DNA from: Parcubacteria group bacterium M10-OD1-1
Lineage (GTDB): Bacteria; Patescibacteriota; Minisyncoccia; Moranbacterales; UBA2206
Length of the DNA stretch: 64,000 nt
Assembly (NCBI GenBank): GCA_003056145.1
Contig: LSNL01000005.1
Span: forward strand, 20,240 to 84,239
Reading direction: 5' to 3'
How positions within the stretch are numbered: position 1 is the first letter of the stretch; the number at the start of each line of letters is the position of its first letter. This document shows, in pieces, positions 39,810 to 49,123 of the stretch. Both the position numbers and the translations under genes were made by a program. The notes beneath the pieces are model-generated. The model made no database searches. It worked only from the letters and a program-made list of their open reading frames with translations, and was not told the DNA's origin.

Positions 39810-40364
39810 TTGGCTATGACTAACAAAATATTCATCAATATCAATCTGTCTACCAAAAATAAAAAAAGGATTATTCAAGCTACTCAAAAATGGCAAAATT
39901 TACCGATTAAATGGACTAAAGAGAAAAATCTACACATAACTTTGAAATTTCTAGGCTTTGTTAGGACAGAAGTTATTCCTGAAATATGTCGGCAAGTTTC
40001 TTTAGCTACTAAAAATTTTGAGATATTTGATTTAGAATTTGATAAAATTGAGCTTTTTCCTAATTCAATTACCCCAAAATCAATTACTATGTTAGGGAAA
40101 GACAGCGATGAACTAAAAAAATTAGTTAATAAAATTGAAAAAAATCTAGGCACAATTCAAGCAGAAAAACTTTCTTTCCGTCCGCAAATAATTATTGGAA
40201 AAATTAGAAAACAAAAATGGCTAGAATTAAAAAAAGAAGCTAAGCCTGAAATTGCTGAAAAATTTTCAATGTTAATAGCCGTGGAAAACATTGATATTGT
40301 AGCAAGTAACTTTGAAAATTCTGAAAGTGAATTTTCTATAGTAGAATCTTGTCATTTGCAATAA
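39810..40364 (+). CDS. 2H phosphoesterase superfamily (LigT/ThpR-like) protein with degenerate second motif
   Basis: First H-x-T-x motif is present (HITLKFLG); the position of the second motif reads PQIIIG rather than H-x-T-x. Confidence 0.5.
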   Translation: MAMTNKIFININLSTKNKKRIIQATQKWQNLPIKWTKEKNLHITLKFLGFVRTEVIPEICRQVSLATKNFEIFDLEFDKIELFPNSITPKSITMLGKDSDELKKLVNKIEKNLGTIQAEKLSFRPQIIIGKIRKQKWLELKKEAKPEIAEKFSMLIAVENIDIVASNFENSESEFSIVESCHLQ

Positions 40365-40400
40365 TAGTTAATAAAAACATCTTAAAAAAAATAATCTTTT

Positions 40401-41123
40401 ATGCAAAGCCTTAAGATATTAAATGTCCGGGTAGATAATCTGAGCCAAAAAAATATTTTCAAACTAATTGATACTTTTTTAGATCAACCATCTTTTCATC
40501 AAATCGCTACTATTAATCCAGAATTTATTTTAACTGCTCAAAAAAATCCAGTTTTTCAAAAAATTATCAATAACTGCAATTTGAATATAGCTGATGGTTT
40601 TGGAGTAACTCTAGCTTATTTTCGTTTCAAAAAAATTTTAAAAGCTAGAATTGCAGGAGCAGATTTAATATTAAACATTCTAAAAAAAGCTAATCAGCGA
40701 AAAATGAAAATTTTTCTTGCCATTAAAAAAGAAGGTCTTTCTAATTATCAAGAGATTTATCTAATTTTGAAAAAAAAATATCCCAACTTAATAATAAATG
40801 GGGCAGATATTGATACTCAAAATAATAAGTATCTTAATTATCAATTACCTAAACAAAGTTATCAATTATTATTTTGTAATTTCGGAGCGCCTGAACAAGA
40901 ATACTTTATTAATAATATAAAAAATGATAAAATAAACTTAGCTATAGGAGTAGGAGGTAGTTTTGATTTTTTAACAGGTAAAATTAAACGAGCTCCTTTT
41001 TTTATGCGTAAAATTGGGTTAGAATGGCTTTGGAGATTACTTCAACAGCCTAAAAGGTCAAAACGCATTTGGCAAGCAGTAATAGTTTTTTTAATAGCAA
41101 TACTCCTATGGAAAGAAAAATAA
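40401..41123 (+). CDS. WecB/TagA/CpsF family glycosyltransferase (GT26)
   Basis: Typical GT26 C-terminal GVGGSFDFLTGKIKRAP...GLEWLWRLLQQPKR region. Confidence 0.8.
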   Translation: MQSLKILNVRVDNLSQKNIFKLIDTFLDQPSFHQIATINPEFILTAQKNPVFQKIINNCNLNIADGFGVTLAYFRFKKILKARIAGADLILNILKKANQRKMKIFLAIKKEGLSNYQEIYLILKKKYPNLIINGADIDTQNNKYLNYQLPKQSYQLLFCNFGAPEQEYFINNIKNDKINLAIGVGGSFDFLTGKIKRAPFFMRKIGLEWLWRLLQQPKRSKRIWQAVIVFLIAILLWKEK

Positions 41124-41139
41124 TTTATAGCTAAATTTT

Positions 41140-42678
41140 ATGCTTATCAATAAAAATCAATTTAGAGTTCGTTTTGCTCCATCGCCAACTGGTTATTTAC
41201 ATATTGGCGGATTTAGAACAGCTCTTTATAATTATCTTTTGGCTAAAAAAAATAAGGGCCAATTTATCTTGAGAATTGAAGATACTGATCAGAATCGGTT
41301 CGTTGAAGGTGCAGTAGAAAGGTTAATTCAATCACTTAATTCTTTTGCTATTAAAATAGATGAAGGAGTTTTTCTAAAAAACTCCTGCTCTTCGAAAAGT
41401 AGCCCATCTAAAAATTATCCTTTAGTCTTAGAAGCTGGAGAGTCTGGTCCCTATATTCAATCTGAACGATTAGAAATTTATAAAAAATACGCTGAAGAAT
41501 TAGTGACTAAAGGACAGGCTTATTATTGTTTTTGTAGCTCAGAAAGACTAAAAGAAATTCGTGAAAAACAAATAACTCAAAAAAAGCCTGCTCGTTATGA
41601 TAGATATTGTTTAGAAAATATTTCTCCTGAAGAAGCTCAGAAGAAGATTGAAAATAAAATTCCTTATGTCATTCGGTTAAAGGTTCCTCGGGGAGAAATT
41701 ATTGAATTTGAGGACTTAGTAAGAGGAAAAGTAATTTTTCAAACTGACTTAATTGATGATCAAATTCTCTTAAAATCAGACGGCTATCCAACTTATCATT
41801 TGGCTAATGTGATAGATGATCATGAAATGAAAATAACCCAGATTATCAGAGGTGAGGAATGGCTTTCTAGTACTCCAAAACATATTTTATTGTATAAATT
41901 TTTTAACTGGAAAGAACCTAAATTTGCTCATCTTCCACTTCTTTTAAATCCTGACAAATCAAAGTTATCTAAACGACAAGGGGATGTAGCCATCGAAGAT
42001 TATTTAAAAAAGGGCTATCTAAAAGAAGCTCTGATTAACTTTGTAGCTTTATTAGGATGGAATCCAGGAAAAGGGGAGACTCAAGAAATTTTTACTCTCG
42101 CCGAGCTAATTGAAAAATTTAGTTTAAATCATGTTCATAAAGGTGGTGCTGTTTTTGATACTAAAAAGTTAGATTGGTTAAATGCCCAATGGATAAAACA
42201 AATATCTCTTGATGATTTATATAAACGCTCTTTAAAATTTTGGGAGCAAAAAGATTTTTATCAGTCAGCCAAAGAAGATAATAAAACTGAAAAATATATC
42301 AAAAAAGTTTTAATTATTGAGAAAGAGCGTTTGCAAAAATTAAGCGACGTTGGGGAGGAAAATCAATTTTTTTTCACAGATAGAATAGCTACTTCTTTAG
42401 ATGCTATTCGTTGGAAAAATTCAACTAGTTCAGAAACGAAAACATATTTAAAAAAATCCTTAAACACTTTAGAAAATATCAAAGAAAATGATTGGAATTT
42501 AAAGAATATTGAAAAACATCTTTTAGCTAAAGCAGGAGAAAAACGAGGTGATTTATTATTTCCTCTCCGAGCTGTTTTAACTGGACAAAAAAAATCACCT
42601 TCGCCTTTTGAAGTGGCCTGGGTATTAGGAAAAAAAGAAAGTCTAGAAAGAATTGAAAAAGTTTTAGATACAATATAG
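41140..42678 (+). CDS. gltX: Glutamyl-tRNA synthetase
   Basis: RFAPSPTGYLHIGG (HIGH) and KLSKR (KMSKS) motifs; 512 aa. Confidence 0.9.
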   Translation: MLINKNQFRVRFAPSPTGYLHIGGFRTALYNYLLAKKNKGQFILRIEDTDQNRFVEGAVERLIQSLNSFAIKIDEGVFLKNSCSSKSSPSKNYPLVLEAGESGPYIQSERLEIYKKYAEELVTKGQAYYCFCSSERLKEIREKQITQKKPARYDRYCLENISPEEAQKKIENKIPYVIRLKVPRGEIIEFEDLVRGKVIFQTDLIDDQILLKSDGYPTYHLANVIDDHEMKITQIIRGEEWLSSTPKHILLYKFFNWKEPKFAHLPLLLNPDKSKLSKRQGDVAIEDYLKKGYLKEALINFVALLGWNPGKGETQEIFTLAELIEKFSLNHVHKGGAVFDTKKLDWLNAQWIKQISLDDLYKRSLKFWEQKDFYQSAKEDNKTEKYIKKVLIIEKERLQKLSDVGEENQFFFTDRIATSLDAIRWKNSTSSETKTYLKKSLNTLENIKENDWNLKNIEKHLLAKAGEKRGDLLFPLRAVLTGQKKSPSPFEVAWVLGKKESLERIEKVLDTI

Positions 42679-42699
42679 AACATAAAAACTCTAATTTAT

Positions 42700-44028
42700 G
42701 TGTTAGGGATTTTAAATTCAATATTTCAATATAAAAAAATATTAATGTTAAAAAAAATATTAAAACTAACTCTAATTTCCATAGGAATTATTTTTCTTCT
42801 AAGTTTTAGTTGGCTAGAAACTCAAGCCACAGATTGCTCTAGTTTAGATGGCAATGCTAAAGATTTATATAAAAAATTAGAAAAACAAGGTAAAAAATAT
42901 TCTAGTTTAATTAATTTCAATAAAAAAACTCAGAGCTTAATCAATCTTAAAATAGGAGCAATTAATCAACGGCAAAATAATAACAAACAAAATCTTAATG
43001 AGATTGAAAAGAATTTAAAAAATTTAACCCTAAAAATCAAACAGTTGAAAGATACCATTTCCAAAAAAGAAAAAAGTATCGCTAATCAAAAAAAGATTCT
43101 AGCTGGATTTATGCAATCTTATTATGACTATGATCAAGAAGGACTTTTAAAAATTATTCTACTTAATAAAACTTTTTCTGAATCATTAAGTCAGACAGAC
43201 TATTTAGAACAATCAGGAGTGAGAGTTAGTAATATCTTGCAAAATTTAAAAACAATGCAAATACAATTATTAATTAATCAAAAAGAATTAGAAGCAAGCT
43301 ATAATAAAAATCAAAAATTAAAAAATAAATTAACTGATGAAAAACAGGAATTACAAAATAGTAAAAATCAGAAACAATGGTTACTAGCTAAAACACAAAG
43401 TGAGGAACAAGGATATAGAAGAATGTTAGCTACTATTGAAAAACAAAAAGAAGAATTATTTGATTTTAGTTCTGCTAGTAATATTTCTGATGTTTGGGCA
43501 AGTCTCAGTAAATATGATAAACCTAGTAAAAAATATAGAGCTTCTACTGATTGGTATTTCTCTCAGAGAGATTCTCGTTGGGCTAATCAAAAAATCGGTA
43601 GTTCTCGTTCTACAATGAAAGATTATGGTTGTGCAGTAACAGCTATTGCTATGGTTTTTAGAAAACATGGATCTTCAACAAATCCTCAAAAAATGGCTCG
43701 AGCTAAAATCTTTTCTGGTAACCTGATTAATTGGCCAGTTAGTGCTAGCCCAGGTATTCAAAGAATTTCTTCTGTTTCTCATGGAAATGTTGATTGGTCA
43801 ACTATTAACTCAGCCCTTGCTAATCATAATCCGGTCATCGTCCATATTCAAAAAATTAATAGTAGGGGAGGACATTATGTAGTTATCACTGGTAAAAATA
43901 GAAAAGGTTACATTGTTCACGATCCTTATTTTGGACCCAATCTATATCTTAGTACTTCTATGGATTTAATTGGTAAGTTAGGAACTAATAGCAAAACTAA
44001 AATTGACCAAATGATTATTTATAAATAA
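42700..44028 (+). CDS. Membrane-anchored coiled-coil protein with C-terminal C39-like (papain-fold) cysteine peptidase domain
   Basis: TM/signal anchor, about 250 aa Q/K/N-rich coiled coil, then DYGCAVTAIAMV (Cys), GGHYVVITG (His), HDP (Asp) arranged as in peptidase_C39_2/BtrH-like domains. Confidence 0.55.
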   Translation: MLGILNSIFQYKKILMLKKILKLTLISIGIIFLLSFSWLETQATDCSSLDGNAKDLYKKLEKQGKKYSSLINFNKKTQSLINLKIGAINQRQNNNKQNLNEIEKNLKNLTLKIKQLKDTISKKEKSIANQKKILAGFMQSYYDYDQEGLLKIILLNKTFSESLSQTDYLEQSGVRVSNILQNLKTMQIQLLINQKELEASYNKNQKLKNKLTDEKQELQNSKNQKQWLLAKTQSEEQGYRRMLATIEKQKEELFDFSSASNISDVWASLSKYDKPSKKYRASTDWYFSQRDSRWANQKIGSSRSTMKDYGCAVTAIAMVFRKHGSSTNPQKMARAKIFSGNLINWPVSASPGIQRISSVSHGNVDWSTINSALANHNPVIVHIQKINSRGGHYVVITGKNRKGYIVHDPYFGPNLYLSTSMDLIGKLGTNSKTKIDQMIIYK

Positions 44029-44514
44029 AAAATAAATTTAATCAAATTTAGACTAAAATATTTTTAAACTTTAAAAATTAACGATTTGTTGGATTTTCTA
44101 AAAAATAAAAGTTTTTTATTTAAAATTAGTAACTCTGGAATAAATTCAAAATAAGCCCTAATCTAATGGATACGTTTAACTGTTGAGCTCTAAAATTGAG
44201 TTCTAAGCTAATCAGATACATTTAAGTGTATGTTTACACCTAATAAAAATAAACAATTCTTCAACCTTAGCTAAAATACTTAAAAACAAGCTCCAAATTA
44301 GAAAAAACTTTGAGATAAAGACTCACAATGTCGCAAAAGATACATTTTGCGACGCTTGATATATGAATTGCTCTCACTAATTTTTCTGCTGTTTTTTCTG
44401 CTGTTTATTCTTACTAACTTGTTTCATTGCGCCTAGATAAACTGTCTTAGAATAAATAAATATTTTATTGCTCTATTTCTTTAATCTCTTTGGTCCTTAT
44501 GTATAAATTTTTTA

Positions 44515-44552
44515 ATACAAAAAATACAAAACTTTAAAAAGTTTTGTATTTT
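44515..44552 (-). terminator. Rho-independent terminator of the isc operon (aatacaaaacttt-aaaa-agttttgtatt + T-run)
   Basis: 13-bp stem read from the sequence; T-run on the minus strand. Confidence 0.5.
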
Positions 44553-44604
44553 AAAATCATTCAAGTAAATTGCCATTATTAACTTTAGATTACTAATTTA
44601 AAGT

Positions 44605-44985
44605 TTAATTAGTTTTTTTTCGATAATTTTTTATTGCTTTTTTTAAAGCATCACTAGCCAAATTAGAACAATGCATTTTAGCTGGCGGTAAGCCCTCTAA
44701 AGCCTCTGCTACATCATCTCTAGTGATTTTTTCCGCTTCTTTGATAGTTTTACCTTTAGTTAAATCAGTAATCATTGATGAAGTAGCTATAGCACTGGCA
44801 CAACCCAGTGTTTCAAATTTTATATCTTCAATAATCTCTTCTTTTTTATTTTTTTTAATTTTGATGTAAATTTTCATTAAATCTCCACAAACAGGGTTTC
44901 CTTCAATACCAACTCCAGAAGGATTTTTAATAACTCCTTGATTGTGTGGACGCATAAAATGAGCTAAAACTTTTTTACTATACAT
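44605..44985 (-). CDS. iscU: Fe-S cluster assembly scaffold (IscU/NifU N-terminal type)
   Basis: Three conserved Cys in CGD, GCASA and HCSNLA contexts. Confidence 0.8.
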   Translation of the reverse strand: MYSKKVLAHFMRPHNQGVIKNPSGVGIEGNPVCGDLMKIYIKIKKNKKEEIIEDIKFETLGCASAIATSSMITDLTKGKTIKEAEKITRDDVAEALEGLPPAKMHCSNLASDALKKAIKNYRKKTN

Positions 44986-44994
44986 AGGAATAAT

Positions 44995-46209
44995 TTATTT
45001 TTTATTAATTTTATAATATTCTTCTAAAACTAATCCAGCGACTTCTCTTAGTTTTTGAATTATTTTTTTTAATTTTTTAACAGTGATATCAATTTCTTTT
45101 TTTGTCGTCTGTTTACCTAAAGTAATTCTTAATGAGCCATGAGCCTGCTCTGGTTTTAATCCAATTGATAATAATACATGAGATGGTTGCAGAGAGCCTG
45201 AAGAGCAAGCTGAGCCGGTTGAGGTAGCAATTCCTTCAGCGTCCAACATCATTATTAAGCTTTCCCCTTCTACGCTCTCAAAAGAAAAATTGATGTTATT
45301 AGGAGATCTTTTTATTTTAGAGCCATTAAGTTTAGTTTTTGGAATTTCTTTTAAAACCCTTTGAATAAAATAATTTCTTAATTCTTTAATTTTTTGATTG
45401 TCTTTAACTGTATCTTTATTCTTAAGCATTGAAATGGCTTTTCCTAAACCAACAATACCAGTTGAATTAATTGTGCCTGATCGTAAACCATTTTCTTGTT
45501 TCCCACCATCCTGTATTTTTTTAATAGGAGTTCCCTTTTTAACATATAAAACCCCTACTCCTTTAGGTCCATAAATTTTATGAGCTGACATAGAAAGTAA
45601 ATCCACGCCTAATTTTTTAACATTACAATTGAAATAACTCAACGCTTGAGTTGCATCGGTATGAAAGAGAGGATAATTTTCTTTTTTAATCTTCTTAATA
45701 AGTCTAGCAATTTTAGCAATTGGCTGAAGTGTTCCAATTTCATTATTTACATACATCACAGAAATTAAGATAGTATTTTTTTTAATAGCTTTCTCTATAT
45801 CTTCTACTTTAATAACTCCGTCTTTCTGAGGATTAATAAAAGTAGCTTCAATTAGACCATCTTTTTCTAAGCTTTTGACTGTATTTAAAACACAATGGTG
45901 TTCAAAAGAAGTAGTAATAATATGAGGTTTAAGATTATTTTTTTTATGATAAGACCGAACAACACCTTTGATAGCTAGATTATTAGCTTCAGTTGCTCCA
46001 CTAGTAAAAATAACTTCTTGATTATCAGCCTCAAAAAAATTAGCCGTTTCTTCTCTGGCTTTTTCTACAGCCACATGAGCGACTTCTCCAAAATTATGCA
46101 ATGAAGAAGCATTGCCAAAGTTATCACTAAAATAAGGTAACATTGTTTTCAAAACTTCTTTATCTACTGGTGTAGTAGCTGCATAGTCTAAATAAATATT
46201 TTTTTTCAT
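44995..46209 (-). CDS. iscS: Cysteine desulfurase (class V aminotransferase, IscS/NifS-like)
   Basis: PLP-lysine motif SAHKIYGPKGVGVLY and catalytic loop SSGSACSSG. Confidence 0.9.
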   Translation of the reverse strand: MKKNIYLDYAATTPVDKEVLKTMLPYFSDNFGNASSLHNFGEVAHVAVEKAREETANFFEADNQEVIFTSGATEANNLAIKGVVRSYHKKNNLKPHIITTSFEHHCVLNTVKSLEKDGLIEATFINPQKDGVIKVEDIEKAIKKNTILISVMYVNNEIGTLQPIAKIARLIKKIKKENYPLFHTDATQALSYFNCNVKKLGVDLLSMSAHKIYGPKGVGVLYVKKGTPIKKIQDGGKQENGLRSGTINSTGIVGLGKAISMLKNKDTVKDNQKIKELRNYFIQRVLKEIPKTKLNGSKIKRSPNNINFSFESVEGESLIMMLDAEGIATSTGSACSSGSLQPSHVLLSIGLKPEQAHGSLRITLGKQTTKKEIDITVKKLKKIIQKLREVAGLVLEEYYKINKK

Positions 46210-46215
46210 TGAATT

Positions 46216-46599
46216 TTATTTTATTAATTGACTTAATTTTATTCCATCTAAAGTTCTTTTAATTTGTACGCCTAGTTTTATCCAGACAAAGCTAGAAGAA
46301 CAATTTTTCTTTTTTTGACAATGAGAATCGTAACATTTTATCGCCAAACTCTCTAAAGTTTCAATTATTTCTCCAGCCGTAATATTTTTAGGATGATCTG
46401 ACAAAACATAACCTCCGTTTTTCCCTTGAGTGCTGATTACTAAATTTTTAGCTCTCAACTTACCCATAATTTTTTCTAAATATTTGGCAGAAATATTTTC
46501 TTCTTGAGAAATAGTTTGAATATTTTTTATGTCCGGATGAGACCGAGCTAAATTAACCATTGCTCGTAATCCATATTCAGCCTGAGTGGAAAATTTCAT
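46216..46599 (-). CDS. Rrf2 family transcriptional regulator (IscR-like)
   Basis: N-terminal wHTH (STQAEYGLRAMVNLAR) and C-terminal Cys residues; first gene of the isc operon. Confidence 0.8.
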   Translation of the reverse strand: MKFSTQAEYGLRAMVNLARSHPDIKNIQTISQEENISAKYLEKIMGKLRAKNLVISTQGKNGGYVLSDHPKNITAGEIIETLESLAIKCYDSHCQKKKNCSSSFVWIKLGVQIKRTLDGIKLSQLIK

Positions 46600-46710
46600 A
46601 ATTATATATCCTACTAATTTAGTATGCTTTAATTATATCGCTTTTGAAATTAACTGTCAATAATGTTATACTGAGCATACTTTTAGTAATTAAATATAAA
46701 TTTTACTTTT

Positions 46711-47835
46711 ATGCGTATTTCTTATTCCGCCCTTAATACCTATCAAAGTTGTCCATTAAAATATAAATTCCAGTCAATTGATAGAATAAAAGCACCTAAA
46801 TCAAAAGAAGCAGTTTTTGGTTCGACTATTCACGAAACAATGAAATTTATTCATACTCCAGGAATATTATCCCCCACCCTAGATCAATCAATGGAGCACT
46901 TTGCTAACTCTTGGAACCCTGCTGTTTTTGATAATCCTGATGAAGAAAGAGCAGCTTTTTCTCAAGGTATCAAAATAATTCAAGACTATTACAAAAAAAA
47001 TAATCCAGAAAATTTTAACATCGTTAATTTAGAATCTCGTTTTGCCATTGAAATTGGAAGAAAAGATAATAAACATATTGTTTCTGGTATTATTGATAGA
47101 ATTGATAAAACTGAAGATGGTTTTGAAATTATTGATTACAAAACTACTAAAAAGATGCCTACCCAAGAAAGAGTAGACAATGATATTCAATTGTCAGTTT
47201 ACTTACAAGCTTTTTTATCTCAATATCCCGAAGAAATAAAAAGATTAGATAAAATTAAAGTAAGTTTATATTTTTTAAAACACGGAGTAAAACTCTCCGC
47301 TTTTAGAACCAAAGAGCAACTCCAGCAAAGCGAACAACTTTTTCTAGATATTATTAAACTTATTGAAAGTAAAGCTTTTGATCCTCAAGTCTCCCCTCTT
47401 TGTGACTGGTGTGGCTATCAGAAGATATGTCCAATGTGGAGACATAAATTTAGAGAAGAACGAAAAATTGATACCGAAGAAGTAAATGAAGCTATCCAAG
47501 AATATATAGATTTAAAATCAGCTATGACTGTTACTAAAACTCGTGTAGCTAAATTACAAGAAAAAATCTTACAATATATGAAGCAAGAAGGCGTTGAAAG
47601 AGTTTTTGCCAATCAAGGAATAATAGCTAAGACATTAAGAAAAACTTACAATTACGACGAAAAAAAATTAAAGGCGCTTTTAGAACCTTTAGATAAATGG
47701 GAATCCGTGCTAAAGGTTAACGGAGTAGCTTTAAGAAATATTTTAGCAGTTTTACCTACTCCAATTAAGAATGAAATAGAAAAAACTAAAGAAATCAATA
47801 AAGAAACCATTAGCTTGAGCGTAAAGAAAAAATAG
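46711..47835 (+). CDS. PD-(D/E)XK nuclease with Cas4/RecB-like Fe-S cluster cysteines, plus about 140-aa C-terminal extension
   Basis: N-terminal SYSALNTYQSCPLKYKF, D-x-n-EIIDYKT nuclease core, and C-x2-C-x5-C cluster (CDWCGYQKIC). Confidence 0.7.
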   Translation: MRISYSALNTYQSCPLKYKFQSIDRIKAPKSKEAVFGSTIHETMKFIHTPGILSPTLDQSMEHFANSWNPAVFDNPDEERAAFSQGIKIIQDYYKKNNPENFNIVNLESRFAIEIGRKDNKHIVSGIIDRIDKTEDGFEIIDYKTTKKMPTQERVDNDIQLSVYLQAFLSQYPEEIKRLDKIKVSLYFLKHGVKLSAFRTKEQLQQSEQLFLDIIKLIESKAFDPQVSPLCDWCGYQKICPMWRHKFREERKIDTEEVNEAIQEYIDLKSAMTVTKTRVAKLQEKILQYMKQEGVERVFANQGIIAKTLRKTYNYDEKKLKALLEPLDKWESVLKVNGVALRNILAVLPTPIKNEIEKTKEINKETISLSVKKK

Positions 47836-47850
47836 CTTATATAATACACT

Positions 47851-48309
47851 ATGTATTTTTACCATAAATTTAAAAAATTTATAAAAAAATTTTTTCTTAT
47901 TGATGATACGCCATTTAAGGTTGCAGGAGGAGCTGCCTTGGGAGTATTTTTAGGAATAATTCCTGGCGAAGGAGTTATCTCTACTTTACTTTTTACGACC
48001 ATTTTTCGCTTTAATCGATTAGCTGCTATTTTGGGAGTATTAGCTACTAATATATGGACTACTATTTTAATGTTACCACTAGCAGCAGAAATTGGAGCTT
48101 TTTTATTTCATACTAATTCGCAACTCCTCATTAATGATTTTCATAATGCTTATCAATCTGGTTGGAAGTTTTTATTTGGCAAGGTATTCTTTTTTAATCT
48201 TCTTTTACCTCTTTTTTCTGGTTTTATTATTATTTCTGGAATTATTGCAATTTCCTTTTATTTCTTTCTTTACTTTTTATTAAAATATCGAAAAATTAAA
48301 TTTCGTTAA
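47851..48309 (+). CDS. DUF2062 family membrane protein
   Basis: AGGAALGVFLGIIPGEG motif and 3-4 TM helices. Confidence 0.6.
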   Translation: MYFYHKFKKFIKKFFLIDDTPFKVAGGAALGVFLGIIPGEGVISTLLFTTIFRFNRLAAILGVLATNIWTTILMLPLAAEIGAFLFHTNSQLLINDFHNAYQSGWKFLFGKVFFFNLLLPLFSGFIIISGIIAISFYFFLYFLLKYRKIKFR

Positions 48310-48351
48310 TTTCTAGTTTGATAATTTTAAACTATTCTTAATAAAAAAGGT

Positions 48352-49098
48352 TTAATCTTTTATTATAGTTCCTTGGAAGTTTTTATTAGAAAAAATATTT
48401 TTTAAATTTTTTAAATTTTTACCATTAGTGATTATTACTTCTAATTCATTTTTTTCTGCTAATTGAGAAGCAATAGGGTCAAAAGGAGCATTTAAGCCAG
48501 GACTCCATTTATTACCTACAATTTTACGGAAATTCTTCCAATCTATTTTTTTAATAATTTCAGCATCACTAAATTTCTTAGGATCTTTATTGTAAACGTA
48601 TTCAATATTAGAAAGATTGATTAATTTCTTAGCCTTTAAGCGTTCTGCAATAATAGTAGCAACTAAATCACTAGACCAACCAGGTCGCCAACCAGCTGCT
48701 ATCATAATCCCTTCTCCCCGAGCAAAATAATTATTAAGATCCTCTTTGACTCTTGGATTTTTATTAATCTTTGAGTGAGCATACTTTCTAAAAATAGTTT
48801 TAATAAGATGAGCATTTATTCTAGTAGCATGAATACCTATCCAATCTTGATCATCTAAAGTTACTTTCGTGATTTTTCTAGCTGCTTGGATATATTCCCT
48901 GGCTGTATATCCTCCACCAGTCACAATAGCAAATTGCTTCCCCTTTTTAATTTCCGAAATAATTATTTCTTTAAATTTTTTTAAAAATTGCCAATCAATT
49001 TGATTAGGTATAATTAACGAACCTCCTAGAGAAATAACTATTGTTTCTTTTGTTTCTTTTGTTTCTTTTGACTTTTTATTCATTATTAAGTAATCCAT
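48352..49098 (-). CDS. pyrH: Amino-acid-kinase-fold UMP kinase (archaeal-type PyrH-like)
   Basis: IVISLGGSL and VTGGG...AREY motifs, about 248 aa; N-terminal KETKETKET insertion. Confidence 0.6.
   Translation of the reverse strand: MDYLIMNKKSKETKETKETIVISLGGSLIIPNQIDWQFLKKFKEIIISEIKKGKQFAIVTGGGYTAREYIQAARKITKVTLDDQDWIGIHATRINAHLIKTIFRKYAHSKINKNPRVKEDLNNYFARGEGIMIAAGWRPGWSSDLVATIIAERLKAKKLINLSNIEYVYNKDPKKFSDAEIIKKIDWKNFRKIVGNKWSPGLNAPFDPIASQLAEKNELEVIITNGKNLKNLKNIFSNKNFQGTIIKD
49043..49069. repeat. 3 tandem copies of a 9-bp unit (gtttctttt) encoding (KET)3 at the N-terminus of the pyrH-like gene
   Basis: Read directly from the sequence. Confidence 0.8.
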
Positions 49099-49123
49099 TT
49101 AAAAAAATTAAACTAGCCTATTT

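Noticed and set aside
44384-44408. Tandem ttttctgctgtt x2 direct repeat and nearby hairpins considered as a possible CRISPR array
   Set aside because: There are only two contiguous copies with no spacers and no cas genes. No CRISPR-like repeat-spacer periodicity occurs anywhere in the window.
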